The notes under the pieces are model-generated. The model was not told the DNA's origin. It searched no databases and saw nothing but the letters and a program-made list of their open reading frames with translations. From an uncultured Clostridia bacterium (GTDB taxonomy: Bacteria; Bacillota; Clostridia; TANB77; CAG-508), in assembly GCA_947630545.1 (NCBI GenBank), contig CANRHX010000005.1, positions 44-64,043 on the forward strand: a stretch of DNA of 64,000 nucleotides. Direction: 5' to 3'. The translations under genes were made by a program, and so were the position numbers. Of the stretch, positions 37,736-47,820 are shown in pieces (the stretch's first letter is position 1; each line of letters opens with the position of its first letter).

Positions 37736-39214
37736 ATGAAAAATATAGGTCTATATCAAGATATAAGTAGCAGGACACAAGGAGACATTTATGTTGGAGT
37801 AGTTGGTCCAGTAAGAACTGGGAAGTCCACTTTTATAAAAAAATTTATGGATTTACTGGTAATTCCTAACATTGAAAATGAATATAAAAAGGAAAGGGCT
37901 AAGGATGAACTTCCACAAAGTGCTGGTGGAAGAACAATAATGACTACAGAACCTAAATTTGTTCCAAATGAAGCTATTGAAATTACACTTGATAATAATT
38001 TGAAATTGAAAACTAGATTAGTAGATTGCGTTGGATATTTGGTAGATAATGCTATTGGATATTTAGAAGATGAAATGCCAAGAATGGTTAAAACTCCATG
38101 GTCAGATGAAGAAATACCTTTTGAAACAGCTGCAGAAATAGGTACAAAAAAGGTAATTGAAGAACATTCAACAATAGGAATTTTAGTAACTACTGATGGA
38201 AGTATAACAGATATTCCAAGAGAAGATTATATTATGGCTGAAGAAAGGGTTGTTTCAGAACTAAAAGCTTTAAATAAACCTTTCATAATACTATTAAATT
38301 CAAATGACCCAAATTCTAGTTATACTCAAGAGCTTGCTGATAATTTAACCCAAAAATATGAAACTACTGTTATTCCTACAAACTGTGAACAATTATCAAT
38401 TGATGACATTAGTGATATTTTTGGTAAAATTTTATATGAATTTCCAATTGAACAGATTAATATAAAATTTCCAAGATGGATTGATGGTCTTGACTTCTCT
38501 CATCCAATCAAAAATGAATTGTTTAACCAAATTAAAAATACCTTTTCTGATATTAATATTTTAAAAGAAGTTCCTTCAGCTATTAATTCTATTGATAGAA
38601 CAGAAATAATAGACAATACAAATATTGATAGTATAGAATTGGGATCTGGAAATGTAAATATTTCAATTGCTTTAAAAGATAATTTATTTTATAATGTTCT
38701 ATCAGAAATAACTGGTGTAGAATTAACTAACGAAGGTGATTTGTTTAGTACAATTACTGAATTATCTAATGCTAAAAAGAAGTATGACAAAATTGCCTAT
38801 GCACTAGAAGAAGTAAATGCAAAAGGATATGGTATTGTAACTCCTTCTATAGATGAATTGATTTTGGATGAGCCAGAAATGGTAAAACAAGGTTCTAGAT
38901 TTGGTGTAAAACTTAAAGCTACTGCTCCTAGTATACATTTGATTAGGGCAAACATTCAAACAGAAGTATCGCCTATTGTTGGCTCTGAAAAACAATCTGA
39001 AGAACTTGTGAATTATTTGCTTTCTGAATTTGAAAATGATCCTAAAAAAATTTGGGAATCTAATATTTTTGGAAAAAATTTGCATGAACTTGTAAATGAA
39101 GGATTACAAACTAAACTTGCTAAAATGCCAGAAGATGCTCAAATGAAAATCCAAGAAACTTTGGAACGTATTGTAAATGAAGGCAGTGGCGGACTTATTT
39201 GTATAATTTTATAA
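37736..39214 (+). CDS. spoIVA: Stage IV sporulation protein A (spore coat morphogenetic ATPase)
   Basis: GDIYVGVVGPVRTGKSTFIKKFM Walker A. 492 aa, collinear with SpoIVA. AAAGGAGG RBS. Confidence 0.93.
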   Translation: MKNIGLYQDISSRTQGDIYVGVVGPVRTGKSTFIKKFMDLLVIPNIENEYKKERAKDELPQSAGGRTIMTTEPKFVPNEAIEITLDNNLKLKTRLVDCVGYLVDNAIGYLEDEMPRMVKTPWSDEEIPFETAAEIGTKKVIEEHSTIGILVTTDGSITDIPREDYIMAEERVVSELKALNKPFIILLNSNDPNSSYTQELADNLTQKYETTVIPTNCEQLSIDDISDIFGKILYEFPIEQINIKFPRWIDGLDFSHPIKNELFNQIKNTFSDINILKEVPSAINSIDRTEIIDNTNIDSIELGSGNVNISIALKDNLFYNVLSEITGVELTNEGDLFSTITELSNAKKKYDKIAYALEEVNAKGYGIVTPSIDELILDEPEMVKQGSRFGVKLKATAPSIHLIRANIQTEVSPIVGSEKQSEELVNYLLSEFENDPKKIWESNIFGKNLHELVNEGLQTKLAKMPEDAQMKIQETLERIVNEGSGGLICIIL

Positions 39215-39226
39215 TTTAGATATAAT

Positions 39227-39250
39227 AAAAGAAGCCTTATGGCTTCTTTT
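39227..39250. terminator. Bidirectional terminator between spoIVA and the M23 peptidase gene
   Basis: aaaagaagcc-ttat-ggcttctttt perfect hairpin between convergent stops. Confidence 0.75.
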
Positions 39251-39255
39251 ATTTA

Positions 39256-40224
39256 TTATTTATACATATAAATTTGTGGATTTACATGATTTCCATTAAT
39301 TCTAATTTCTAAATGTAAATGTGGTCCAGTCGAATTACCTGTACTTCCTACTGCAGCAATAACATCTCCTGCTTTAACTTTTTGTCCTGCTGATACATAC
39401 ATTTTACTTGTATGTGCATACCAAGTTTCAACACCATTTCCGTGGCTTATTTTTACTAAATTACCATAAGACCCTGTATATTGTGCAGATATAACTGTTC
39501 CATCAGATACAACCTTAATTGGTGTTCCAGAAGAAGTCGCTATATCTAACCCTGTATGTGTTGACCTTCTAATTCTACTACTTACTCCATACCTTGAAGA
39601 AATAATGCCCTCTACTGGTTTTACAGCTAATTTAATTCCTTTAACTTCTCCTATAATACTTTCTTTTTCCTTTTGTTCTTTTATTTTATTAGAAATATTA
39701 GTTTTTGCCACTTCAATTTTATCAGTCTTTATTTCTTCTATATTGGTTGTTATCTTTTCTATTATGTTAAATTTTAAATCTTTATCATCTTTTTTTAATT
39801 GATTAACTAAATTTTGTGCTTCTTCTTTATTATCTACTTTTTCAACTACTTTATCGTTTAATGCTATTTCATAGTATTTATATTTTATAGTCATATCTTT
39901 TTGCATAGCAATTATAATTTCTTTTTCATTAGTTTCTTCTTCCCTACTTACTAATTTAAACTCATAGCTAGGTTTGTCCTTTATATTAACACTATCAACA
40001 TTTTTGGCTGAATAGTTTATTACATTTTTTTCTACTTCTTTTTCAAAGTTTTCTTTATTTTCTATATAACCTACTTCTTCATTACCTAATGTTACTGCAT
40101 ATACAGGTTTATATTTTATAAATATCATTCCAATTATTAAACCAAAGGCTATTGTTATCATTCCCACAAATTTCAAGCTTTCTTTTGTATAAAATTTAAG
40201 CTTTCTTTTTAAAATAAAATTCAC
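39256..40224 (-). CDS. Membrane-anchored M23 (LytM-type) metallopeptidase
   Basis: N-terminal TM. C-terminal HTGLDIA...GNSTGPHLHLEIRINGNHVNP (HxxxD and HxH motifs). Confidence 0.85.
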   Translation of the reverse strand: MNFILKRKLKFYTKESLKFVGMITIAFGLIIGMIFIKYKPVYAVTLGNEEVGYIENKENFEKEVEKNVINYSAKNVDSVNIKDKPSYEFKLVSREEETNEKEIIIAMQKDMTIKYKYYEIALNDKVVEKVDNKEEAQNLVNQLKKDDKDLKFNIIEKITTNIEEIKTDKIEVAKTNISNKIKEQKEKESIIGEVKGIKLAVKPVEGIISSRYGVSSRIRRSTHTGLDIATSSGTPIKVVSDGTVISAQYTGSYGNLVKISHGNGVETWYAHTSKMYVSAGQKVKAGDVIAAVGSTGNSTGPHLHLEIRINGNHVNPQIYMYK

Positions 40225-40623
40225 TCTCCTTTTATTGTTCCGAATTTACTAACTTAATTACATATTAAAAAGTTTTCCATAATTTTCCAAACAACCACTC
40301 TTTATTATACTATATATTCACTGTTTTTGCAAATTATGTATACTTTATTATGCCCAATTTTTAAAATTTATTACAAAATATTCTTTTAATTTTTTTATTT
40401 TTTCCCTTTTTACTCTTATAAATTCTTTTTTACTCGTTTTTTCTTTAATTTTCATCTGAAGAATTTTATTTTTTATTTTGGAAATATTAAATTATATAAA
40501 TTAATGTATTTATTTCAACACATAGGTTTCTGTAAAGTTTAACTATATAATGTTATATTCACTTTAATATACATAGCAAATCTTTAATATAACTTAATTT
40601 GCTAATTTTAAGGAGTGATTTTT

Positions 40624-40947
40624 ATGGCACTAGATTATAATATTATTGGATCTAGAATAAGACAAGCAAGACTAGCTAAAAATTATACTCAAGAAGATTT
40701 GGCTGAACAACTTGATATTTCTGTTGCTTTCTTAAGTAGAGTTGAAAGAGGAAATTCTCAAATTAATCTGAAAAGGCTAAATCAAATTTGTGGATTATTA
40801 GATGTTACAGAAGGATATATGCTAAATGGTGCAGCTAACAATTCAGAAAATTATTTAGAAAAAGAATTCTCTGAAATTTTGAAAAATTGTTCACCAGAAA
40901 AGCAAAAATTAATCTACAATGTCGCAAAAACTATTGCAGAAAGTTAA
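40624..40947 (+). CDS. XRE-family helix-turn-helix transcriptional regulator
   Basis: AAGGAG RBS then the ATG at 40624. IGSRIRQARLAKNYTQEDLAEQLDISVAFLSRVERG. Confidence 0.8.
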   Translation: MALDYNIIGSRIRQARLAKNYTQEDLAEQLDISVAFLSRVERGNSQINLKRLNQICGLLDVTEGYMLNGAANNSENYLEKEFSEILKNCSPEKQKLIYNVAKTIAES

Positions 40948-40954
40948 TAATTAA

Positions 40955-40990
40955 AAAGTCATTTTACAAAAATGGCTTTTATTTTTATTA
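40955..40990 (+). terminator. Intrinsic terminator after the XRE gene
   Basis: 10-bp stem aaagtcattt/aaatggcttt (one G-U pair) followed by a T-run. Confidence 0.55.
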
Positions 40991-41007
40991 AAAATATATA
41001 AAATTCA

Positions 41008-41036
41008 TTGTAAAAAAAGTAAATTTATGGTATTAT
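41008..41036 (+). promoter_or_regulatory. Promoter for pflB
   Basis: TTGTAA, 17 nt, TATTAT with upstream TG (extended -10). Confidence 0.5.
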
Positions 41037-41097
41037 ATTTTTTGGCATAAAAAGAAATAATATTTTTAGATAAAGAAAAAAGAAAGGATTGTGAAAA

Positions 41098-43335
41098 ATG
41101 GAATTTAAAGAATGGTCAGGATTTAAAAGTGGTGAATGGCAAGAAGAAATAAACGTAAGAGATTTTATTCAAAAAAATTATACACCATATGAAGGAGATT
41201 CTAGTTTTTTAGAAGGGGCAACTCAAAAAACTAAAAAACTATGGGATGAAGTATTAGAATTATATAAAAAAGAAAAAGAATCAAAAGGTGGAGTTTTAGA
41301 TATAGATACAAAAACACCTTCTACAGTAGCTTCACACGAAGCTGGTTATATTGACAAAGATTTAGAAGAAATTGTAGGATTACAAACAGACGAGCCTTTA
41401 AAAAGAGCTATAATGCCATTTGGAGGCATTAGAATAGTAGAGAAAGCAACTGCTGCATGTGATAAACAATTAGATGAAAAAGTTGAAGAAATCTTTCATA
41501 AATATAGAAAAACTCATAATGATGGAGTATTTGATATATATACACCAGATATAAGAGCTGCTCGTAGTTCTCATTTACTTACAGGATTACCAGATGGTTA
41601 TGGTCGTGGAAGAATAATTGGTGATTACAGACGTGTAGCACTTTATGGAGTAGATAAATTAATTGAAGAAAAGCAAGAAGAATTAGAAATTTTAGATGTT
41701 GATAATTTTACTGAAGATATCGTAAGAAATAGAGAAGAAGTTAGTGAACAAATTAAAGCATTAAAAGAGCTTAAAGTAATGGCATCAAAATATGGTTATG
41801 ATATATCTATTCCAGCGTCTAATGCAAAAGAAGCTGTACAATGGTTATACTTTGGATATCTTGGTTCTGTAAAGTCACAAGATGGTGCTGCAATGAGCTT
41901 GGGTAGAACTTCTACATTTTTAGATGTTTATATAGAAAGAGATTTACAAAATGGTACTTTAACAGAAATTCAAGCTCAAGAAATAATTGATCACTTTGTA
42001 ATGAAATTAAGAATGGTTAGATTTTTAAGAACTCCTGAATACAATGAATTGTTTAGTGGAGACCCAGTTTGGGTAACTGAAAGTATTGGTGGTATGGGAG
42101 TTGATGGAAGAACATTAGTTACTAAAAATTCTTTTAGAATTCTTCATACTTTAGAGAATTTAGGACCAGCACCTGAGCCAAACCTAACAGTTTTATGGTC
42201 TACTAGATTACCAGAAGGATTTAAGAGATATACAACAAGTCTTTCAATTAAAACATCTTCAATTCAATATGAAAATGATGATGTTATGAGAACAACACTT
42301 GGAGATGATTATGGAATAGCTTGTTGCGTTTCTCCAATGAAAATAGGAAAACAAATGCAATTTTTCGGTGCTAGAGCTAATTTAGCAAAAACTCTACTTT
42401 ATGCAATAAATGGAGGTAGAGATGAACTTTCAGGCAAACAAATAACTCCAAAATATACACCTATAACTTCAGAATATTTAGATTATGATGAAGTTATGGA
42501 AAAATTTGATGTTATGATGGATTACGTTGCAAGAATATATATTAAAGCTTTAAATGGAATTCACTTTATGCATGATAAATATTGCTATGAGTCATTAGCA
42601 ATGGCTCTACATGACGGAGATGTAATTAGAACAATGGCATGTGGAATTGCAGGTCTTTCAGTTGTTGCTGATTCTTTATCTGCAATTAAGTATGCAAAAG
42701 TAAAAGTTATAAGAGACGAAACTGGTTTAGCTACAGACTTTGAAATTGAAGGAGATTATCCTCAATTTGGAAATGATGATGATAGAGTTGACCAAATTGC
42801 TGTAAATATAGTTAGAACATTTATCAAAAAATTAAGAAAACATCCTACTTATAGAAATTCAAAGCATACATTATCAATTTTAACAATAACATCTAATGTT
42901 GTTTATGGTAAATCAACAGGAAATACTCCAGATGGAAGAAAATCTGGTGAACCATTTGGACCTGGTGCAAATCCACTACATGGAAGAGATAGAAATGGTG
43001 CATTAGCTGTAATGAACTCAATTGCAAAACTTCCATTTGATTCATCAGAAGATGGTATATCTTATACTTTCTCTATAACACCTGGTACTCTTGGAAAAGA
43101 CGATGAGCAAAAAATTTCAAATTTAGTTAGCATGTTGGATGGTTACTTTGCTCAAACAGGACATCATATAAATGTAAATGTTTTTGATAGAAGTTTATTG
43201 CAAGATGCAATGGATCATCCAGAAAAATATCCACAACTTACAATTCGTGTTTCTGGATATGCTGTAAACTTTACAAAATTAACTCGTGAGCAACAATTAG
43301 ATGTAATTAATAGAACAATTCATGAAAGAATATAA
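41098..43335 (+). CDS. pflB: Pyruvate formate-lyase (glycyl radical enzyme)
   Basis: 745 aa. Active-site ACCVSPM. C-terminal glycyl radical motif [11 protein letters not shown]. Confidence 0.96.
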   Translation: MEFKEWSGFKSGEWQEEINVRDFIQKNYTPYEGDSSFLEGATQKTKKLWDEVLELYKKEKESKGGVLDIDTKTPSTVASHEAGYIDKDLEEIVGLQTDEPLKRAIMPFGGIRIVEKATAACDKQLDEKVEEIFHKYRKTHNDGVFDIYTPDIRAARSSHLLTGLPDGYGRGRIIGDYRRVALYGVDKLIEEKQEELEILDVDNFTEDIVRNREEVSEQIKALKELKVMASKYGYDISIPASNAKEAVQWLYFGYLGSVKSQDGAAMSLGRTSTFLDVYIERDLQNGTLTEIQAQEIIDHFVMKLRMVRFLRTPEYNELFSGDPVWVTESIGGMGVDGRTLVTKNSFRILHTLENLGPAPEPNLTVLWSTRLPEGFKRYTTSLSIKTSSIQYENDDVMRTTLGDDYGIACCVSPMKIGKQMQFFGARANLAKTLLYAINGGRDELSGKQITPKYTPITSEYLDYDEVMEKFDVMMDYVARIYIKALNGIHFMHDKYCYESLAMALHDGDVIRTMACGIAGLSVVADSLSAIKYAKVKVIRDETGLATDFEIEGDYPQFGNDDDRVDQIAVNIVRTFIKKLRKHPTYRNSKHTLSILTITSNVVYGKSTGNTPDGRKSGEPFGPGANPLHGRDRNGALAVMNSIAKLPFDSSEDGISYTFSITPGTLGKDDEQKISNLVSMLDGYFAQTGHHINVNVFDRSLLQDAMDHPEKYPQLTIRVSGYAVNFTKLTREQQLDVINRTIHERI

Positions 43336-43346
43336 AACAAACAAAA

Positions 43347-43380
43347 CTGCCAAAAGATATTATTACTTTTGGCAGATTTT
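43347..43380 (+). terminator. Hairpin between pflB and pflA (partial terminator/processing site)
   Basis: ctgccaaaag-9 nt-cttttggcag followed by atttt. Confidence 0.5.
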
Positions 43381-43391
43381 AGGAGCAGAAC

Positions 43392-44120
43392 ATGGAAAAT
43401 AACGATAAAAATAACTATGTAAATATTCACTCATTTGAATCTTTTGGAACTGTTGATGGTCCAGGAATTCGATTCGTATTTTTTATGCAAGGTTGTCATT
43501 TAAAGTGCAAATATTGTCATAATCGTGATACTTGGAAGGTCAATAGCGGAACTCTATATTCAATTGATGAAATATTTAATAAAATTATGCATTATAAAAA
43601 CTATATCTATCCGAATGGAGGGGTTACTGCATCTGGTGGTGAACCTCTACTACAGGTCAAGTTTTTAATAAATCTTTTTAAAAAACTAAAAAAAGAGAAA
43701 ATTCATACTTGCATTGATACATCTGGTATGTTTAGAATTACTGATGATATAAAAGAATTACTTTCTTTAACTGATTTAGTTTTACTGGACATTAAACATA
43801 TCGACGATGAAAAATGCAAAAAATTAGTAGGCTTTTCTAATAAATATGAATTAGATTTTGCGAGATATTTATCAGATAATGGTATTAAAATGTGGATTAG
43901 ACAAGTTTTAATTCCTGGATATACTGATGATGAAAATGATTTATTAAGACTTAAAGCATTTATAGAAAGTTTAAAAACAGTTGAAAAAGTTGAACTTCTT
44001 CCCTACCACAATATGGGAAAATTTAAATGGAAAGACCTTGGATTAAAATATGAATTAGAAAATGTACAACCTTCCACTAACGAAGATGTGGAACATGCAA
44101 AAAAAATTTTAGGAATATAA
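43392..44120 (+). CDS. pflA: Pyruvate formate-lyase activating enzyme (radical SAM)
   Basis: GPGIRFVFFMQGCHLKCKYCHN (CxxxCxxC). 242 aa. Confidence 0.95.
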   Translation: MENNDKNNYVNIHSFESFGTVDGPGIRFVFFMQGCHLKCKYCHNRDTWKVNSGTLYSIDEIFNKIMHYKNYIYPNGGVTASGGEPLLQVKFLINLFKKLKKEKIHTCIDTSGMFRITDDIKELLSLTDLVLLDIKHIDDEKCKKLVGFSNKYELDFARYLSDNGIKMWIRQVLIPGYTDDENDLLRLKAFIESLKTVEKVELLPYHNMGKFKWKDLGLKYELENVQPSTNEDVEHAKKILGI

Positions 44121-44252
44121 AAAATTTGTGTCACTGGTTCCGGGTTTGGTTGACACATTTTGTGCCATCGGTGCAAGGTCAGAGTATTTTAAACCTGGCA
44201 CCGATGGCACAAAATGTGTCAACCAAACCCGGAACCAGTGACACAAATTTTT
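44119..44252. repeat. Hyper-palindromic intergenic element, copy B (about 134 bp, nearly perfect)
   Basis: aaaaatttgtgtcactggttccgggtttggttgacacattttgtgccatcggtgcaaggt | cagagtattttaa | acctggcaccgatggcacaaaatgtgtcaaccaaacccggaaccagtgacacaaattttt. I saw one arm mismatch. It spans exactly from the pflA stop to the stop of the convergent gene. Confidence 0.92.
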
Positions 44253-45189
44253 ATCCTTCCAATAATTTTAAATTTACATTTTCTACTTTATATTTATTAG
44301 TATTTTCATCCAATTTAAATTGAATTAAAGATTGAGATAAATCATCTGCATTTTGTCGTAAATCTGTAGTAAACAGTAATGAAATTTTAGAAATCTCTAC
44401 CTGTGATGTAACAATTTCCTTAAATATTTCTGCCAAATGTTTTTCGTCTTCACCAACAATTATAAGTTGAGGCATACTGCTATATCCTGAATCTCCCATA
44501 ACATAATTTTCATAAAAATCTTTATATAATTTCATTTTATCAACTAGCTTCTTTTGCCAATCATCTTCTCTTCTAACTACTTCAAATATAAAATCAATTG
44601 ATTTATTAGCTTTGGTAAGTTTTACCCCACCATTTGTTTTAAATGTTTTCCCTGATTGCTTTGCATTAATAACTGGTTTTATAGTATAGCTATCAAAAGC
44701 TTTTACCTTCTTTTTATATGCAATTAATATTTGATTTCCAACTAATCTTTTCTTTATCATTGCAACCGGTTTAGTATTATCTGATTGTTGCCATTTACAT
44801 TCAATTTCTTTTGAATTTAATAAGTATTTTCCCATTTTTTCTAAACAATAAATTCTATATACACCTTTTCCTTCATCTGATGTAAAGTAGTATCTTGTAA
44901 GAATTTTAGATTTTACTAAACTTTCTAATTTGTTATTTAACTTATCTTGGGTTTGTGGATCAATACCTTTTAATTCTAGCAATTGATAAATTTGCCTTGA
45001 TGTTATGAACTCAAAGTCATTTACAATTTCTAATATTGCAAAATGAATGTCTGTTATATGCCCTATGTTTATTTTATGAACTATTTGATTCATAGATACA
45101 TACGCATCTTTCCCATCAAAGGTTTTTATTTCACCTTCTCTCATTGCAAATGGTGATACTTCTGCTTTAATTTCACTATCTTTTATCAT
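44251..45189 (-). CDS. Replication-relaxation-like (PF13814-like) winged-helix protein, orphan
   Basis: The N-terminal third has the pattern FAILEIVNDFEFITSRQIYQLL...LESLVKSKILTRYYF...GVYRIYCLEKMGKYLL, typical of plasmid/ICE replication-relaxation proteins. Assignment is by pattern only. Confidence 0.4.
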   Translation of the reverse strand: MIKDSEIKAEVSPFAMREGEIKTFDGKDAYVSMNQIVHKINIGHITDIHFAILEIVNDFEFITSRQIYQLLELKGIDPQTQDKLNNKLESLVKSKILTRYYFTSDEGKGVYRIYCLEKMGKYLLNSKEIECKWQQSDNTKPVAMIKKRLVGNQILIAYKKKVKAFDSYTIKPVINAKQSGKTFKTNGGVKLTKANKSIDFIFEVVRREDDWQKKLVDKMKLYKDFYENYVMGDSGYSSMPQLIIVGEDEKHLAEIFKEIVTSQVEISKISLLFTTDLRQNADDLSQSLIQFKLDENTNKYKVENVNLKLLEG

Positions 45190-45227
45190 TTTTCCTCCTC
45201 CTGATATTAAAAATTACTAATATCATA

Positions 45228-46032
45228 TTATACAACTAATACTTTTACTTTTTTTCTTTCGTAATCAATTCTTTTTATATAAACATCAACCTTTTGCCCG
45301 TATTCCAAACCGTCTTCATATTCTGCCATTCCTACCAAATTAGGCATTAGTTCAATGAATATACCATTTTTATTTTTTTCTGTTTCACGTACTATTCCTC
45401 TTGCCTTTTGACCAACTGAAAATTGTTTTGCATTTTCTTCCCATGTTCCGAGCAATTCTTTGTATGACAAAATCACTCTTCCATCTTGTCTATTTATAGA
45501 TTTTACCATAACTTTTATCCTTTGTCCAATTTTTAGCCTTTCAAATGGTGATTTTATTCTTGCAATTGATAAATCTTCAATATGAGCTAATCCGACTATT
45601 CCGCCACCAATTTCTATAAATACTCCATAGCTTTCTATTCTCTTGACTATTCCGTGTAACTAAGTCTCCCTCTTTTAATTCTTTTTTTACCCAATTTAAT
45701 GCTTCATTTTGAACTTCTTTTCTTGATAGAAATACTGTATTCTCATCTTTTTTTTGTTTTACTTTGAATTGAACATATTTATGTACTTTTCCTGTACAAA
45801 GATTTATTTTTGGAAGTCCATCTTCTCCAATATTTATTCCTTCAACTTCAGATCTTGGAATTATCCCTCTAATATTATTTCCTAAATTTATATGTAAATT
45901 AAATTCATCATCACATTCTTCTACAATTCCTTGTAGTGTTTTTTTATTTTGTATATATTCTTCAATATTTTCTTCATTTAATACTGCTATTTTATCTAGC
46001 CATCCCTCTGGCGTAATTTTATTTAAAATCAT
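45228..46032 (-). pseudogene. Multi-S1-domain RNA-binding protein interrupted by a 1-nt frameshift
   Basis: The 151-aa ORF ends in out-of-frame junk (RNSQENRKLWSIYRNWW). Shifting one base at about 45654 reads GDLVTGIVKRIESYGVFIEIGGGIVGLAHIEDLSIARIKSPFERLKIGQRIKVMVKSINRQDGRVILSYKE, running straight into the 93-aa ORF (45228..45509). Confidence 0.75.
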
Positions 46033-46088
46033 TTGTTTCTCCTTATCTTTCGTTTTTTCTTATTATATATTTTTGATTTATAAATTTC

Positions 46089-46200
46089 AATAGTTTTTTA
46101 TTAATCGCATTAATTTATATATTTTAATAGATTTTATCAACCACATTAATTATATATTTTAATAGTTTTTATTAATTACATTAATTTATCTATTTCATAT
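46089..46200. repeat. AT-rich ~36-bp imperfect tandem repeat x3
   Basis: Units start with aatag at 46089, 46126 and 46161 (aatag-T5/6-attaat(c/t)(g/a)cattaatt(t)atatatttt). They lie between the rluB-like stop and the S1 gene start. Confidence 0.7.
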
Positions 46201-46901
46201 TTTTTTAAATATCTCCATTTTCCTAGATCTAAATCTTTAACCGAAATATCTCCAATTTTGCTACGATGTAATGCTAAAACCTTTCTTCCTAATGTCTCAC
46301 ACATCTTTCTAACTTGTCTATTTTTTCCTTCATGGATTGTTATTTCTATACGAGAAATATTTTTTTCAATATCGGTTTTTAATATTTTAACCTTAGCTTT
46401 TCTAGTTATATATGGTACTCCATTATCGTCAATCTCTACTCCATCACGTAATTTTTGAATTTCTTCATCTGAAATTATCCCATTTAAGGTTACAGTATAA
46501 GTCTTTGTTATTTCGTGCTTTGGATGCGTTATTTTAAAAATGAAATTACCATCGTTAGTAAGAATTAAAGCTCCAGAAGTGTACATATCAAGCCTACCAC
46601 AAGGTACTATCCTTTCTTTTATTTTTACTAAATCTAAAACATTGTCCCTGCCAAACTGATCTTTTACTGTTGTTACATATCCTATAGGTTTATTTAGTAA
46701 AATATAAACTTTTTTTGAAACATTTTCCACAATTTTTCCATTATATGTGACTTTGTCACTACTAGGATTTATTTTTATTCCCAATTGTGTTACAACTTTG
46801 CTATTTACTTCTATCTTTCCTTCAACAATTAACTCTTCACATTTTCTTCTTGAGGCTATACCCGCTTCTGCTAAAAACTTCTGCAATCTAATTTGTTCCA
46901 T
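46176..46901 (-). CDS. rluB: RsuA/RluB-family pseudouridine synthase (S4 domain + catalytic domain)
   Basis: RLQKFLAEAGIASRRKCEELI (S4), GRLDMYTSG catalytic Asp motif. Confidence 0.85.
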   Translation of the reverse strand: MEQIRLQKFLAEAGIASRRKCEELIVEGKIEVNSKVVTQLGIKINPSSDKVTYNGKIVENVSKKVYILLNKPIGYVTTVKDQFGRDNVLDLVKIKERIVPCGRLDMYTSGALILTNDGNFIFKITHPKHEITKTYTVTLNGIISDEEIQKLRDGVEIDDNGVPYITRKAKVKILKTDIEKNISRIEITIHEGKNRQVRKMCETLGRKVLALHRSKIGDISVKDLDLGKWRYLKKYEIDKLM

Positions 46902-47794
46902 TACTCCTCCTCAATTATTTTTTTAAAATACTCTGGAAGTTCAGCTTCTATAAGCATCTCTTTATTAGTAATTGGATGTTTAAATCTAATAGATTTTGCA
47001 TGAAGACATTGTCCTACTATTCCCCACTCATTTTTACCATTTGAATAAACAGTATCCCCTATTATTGGATAACCAATTTCAGATAGGTGAACTCTTATTT
47101 GATGTGTTCTTCCAGTTTCAATTTTGACTTCTAGTAATGTATAATTTCTAAATCTTTTTAATACTTTAAAATGCGTAACTGCATTTTTACCATTTTTTAC
47201 TACTGCCATTTTCTTTCTGTCTTTGTTGCTTCTACCTATTGGCATATTAATAGTTGCTTCATTCTCTGGGATATTTCCTCGTACTAGTGCTATATATTTT
47301 TTTTCTACTTCATGATTTTTTATTTGCTCACTTAAGTTTATATGAGCTTTATCATTTTTAGCAATTATTATAACGCCAGAAGTATCTTTATCAAGTCTGT
47401 GTACTATTCCAGGTCTTATTTCTCCGCCAATACCAGACAGAGAGTCTTTACATATAGCCATTATTGCATTTACTAGCGTTCCATCTGGATTTCCATTTGC
47501 TGGATGTACAACCATTCCTTTTGGTTTATTTACAACAATTATGTCATTATCCTCATATAAAATTTCTAATGGAATATCTTGTGCTTTAAGTTCAATTTCC
47601 TTTGCTTTAACTTCTTCTATTGCTATTTTGTCTCCATTTTGTACTTTATATGATGCCTTTGTCTTGTTTCCATTTACTTTGATTTTTTCCTCATCTATAA
47701 GCCTTTGAATAGTTACCCTAGAATATTCAGTTTTATCTGATAAATAAGCATCTATCCTTTTTTTATTATTTTCATTTACTACAATTTCTTCCAT
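46901..47794 (-). CDS. rluD: RluA/RluD-family 23S rRNA pseudouridine synthase
   Basis: S4-like N-terminus, HRLDKDTSG, ...GRTHQIRVH. The stop overlaps the next gene's start by 1 nt. Confidence 0.88.
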   Translation of the reverse strand: MEEIVVNENNKKRIDAYLSDKTEYSRVTIQRLIDEEKIKVNGNKTKASYKVQNGDKIAIEEVKAKEIELKAQDIPLEILYEDNDIIVVNKPKGMVVHPANGNPDGTLVNAIMAICKDSLSGIGGEIRPGIVHRLDKDTSGVIIIAKNDKAHINLSEQIKNHEVEKKYIALVRGNIPENEATINMPIGRSNKDRKKMAVVKNGKNAVTHFKVLKRFRNYTLLEVKIETGRTHQIRVHLSEIGYPIIGDTVYSNGKNEWGIVGQCLHAKSIRFKHPITNKEMLIEAELPEYFKKIIEEE

Positions 47795-47820
47795 ATTTTC
47801 CTCTTTTCAATATGTAACTA

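Noticed and set aside
40348-40455. 35-aa Lys-rich minus-strand ORF (MKIKEKTSKKEF...) in the 400-bp M23/XRE intergenic region
   Set aside because: It has no Shine-Dalgarno sequence, and its composition is what random AT-rich DNA yields.
44126-44323. 65-aa plus-strand ORF (MCHWFRVWLTHFVPSVQG...)
   Set aside because: It reads straight through the palindromic element and into the 3' end of the convergent gene. It has no RBS, and its mirror-image sequence would be 'encoded' on the other strand.
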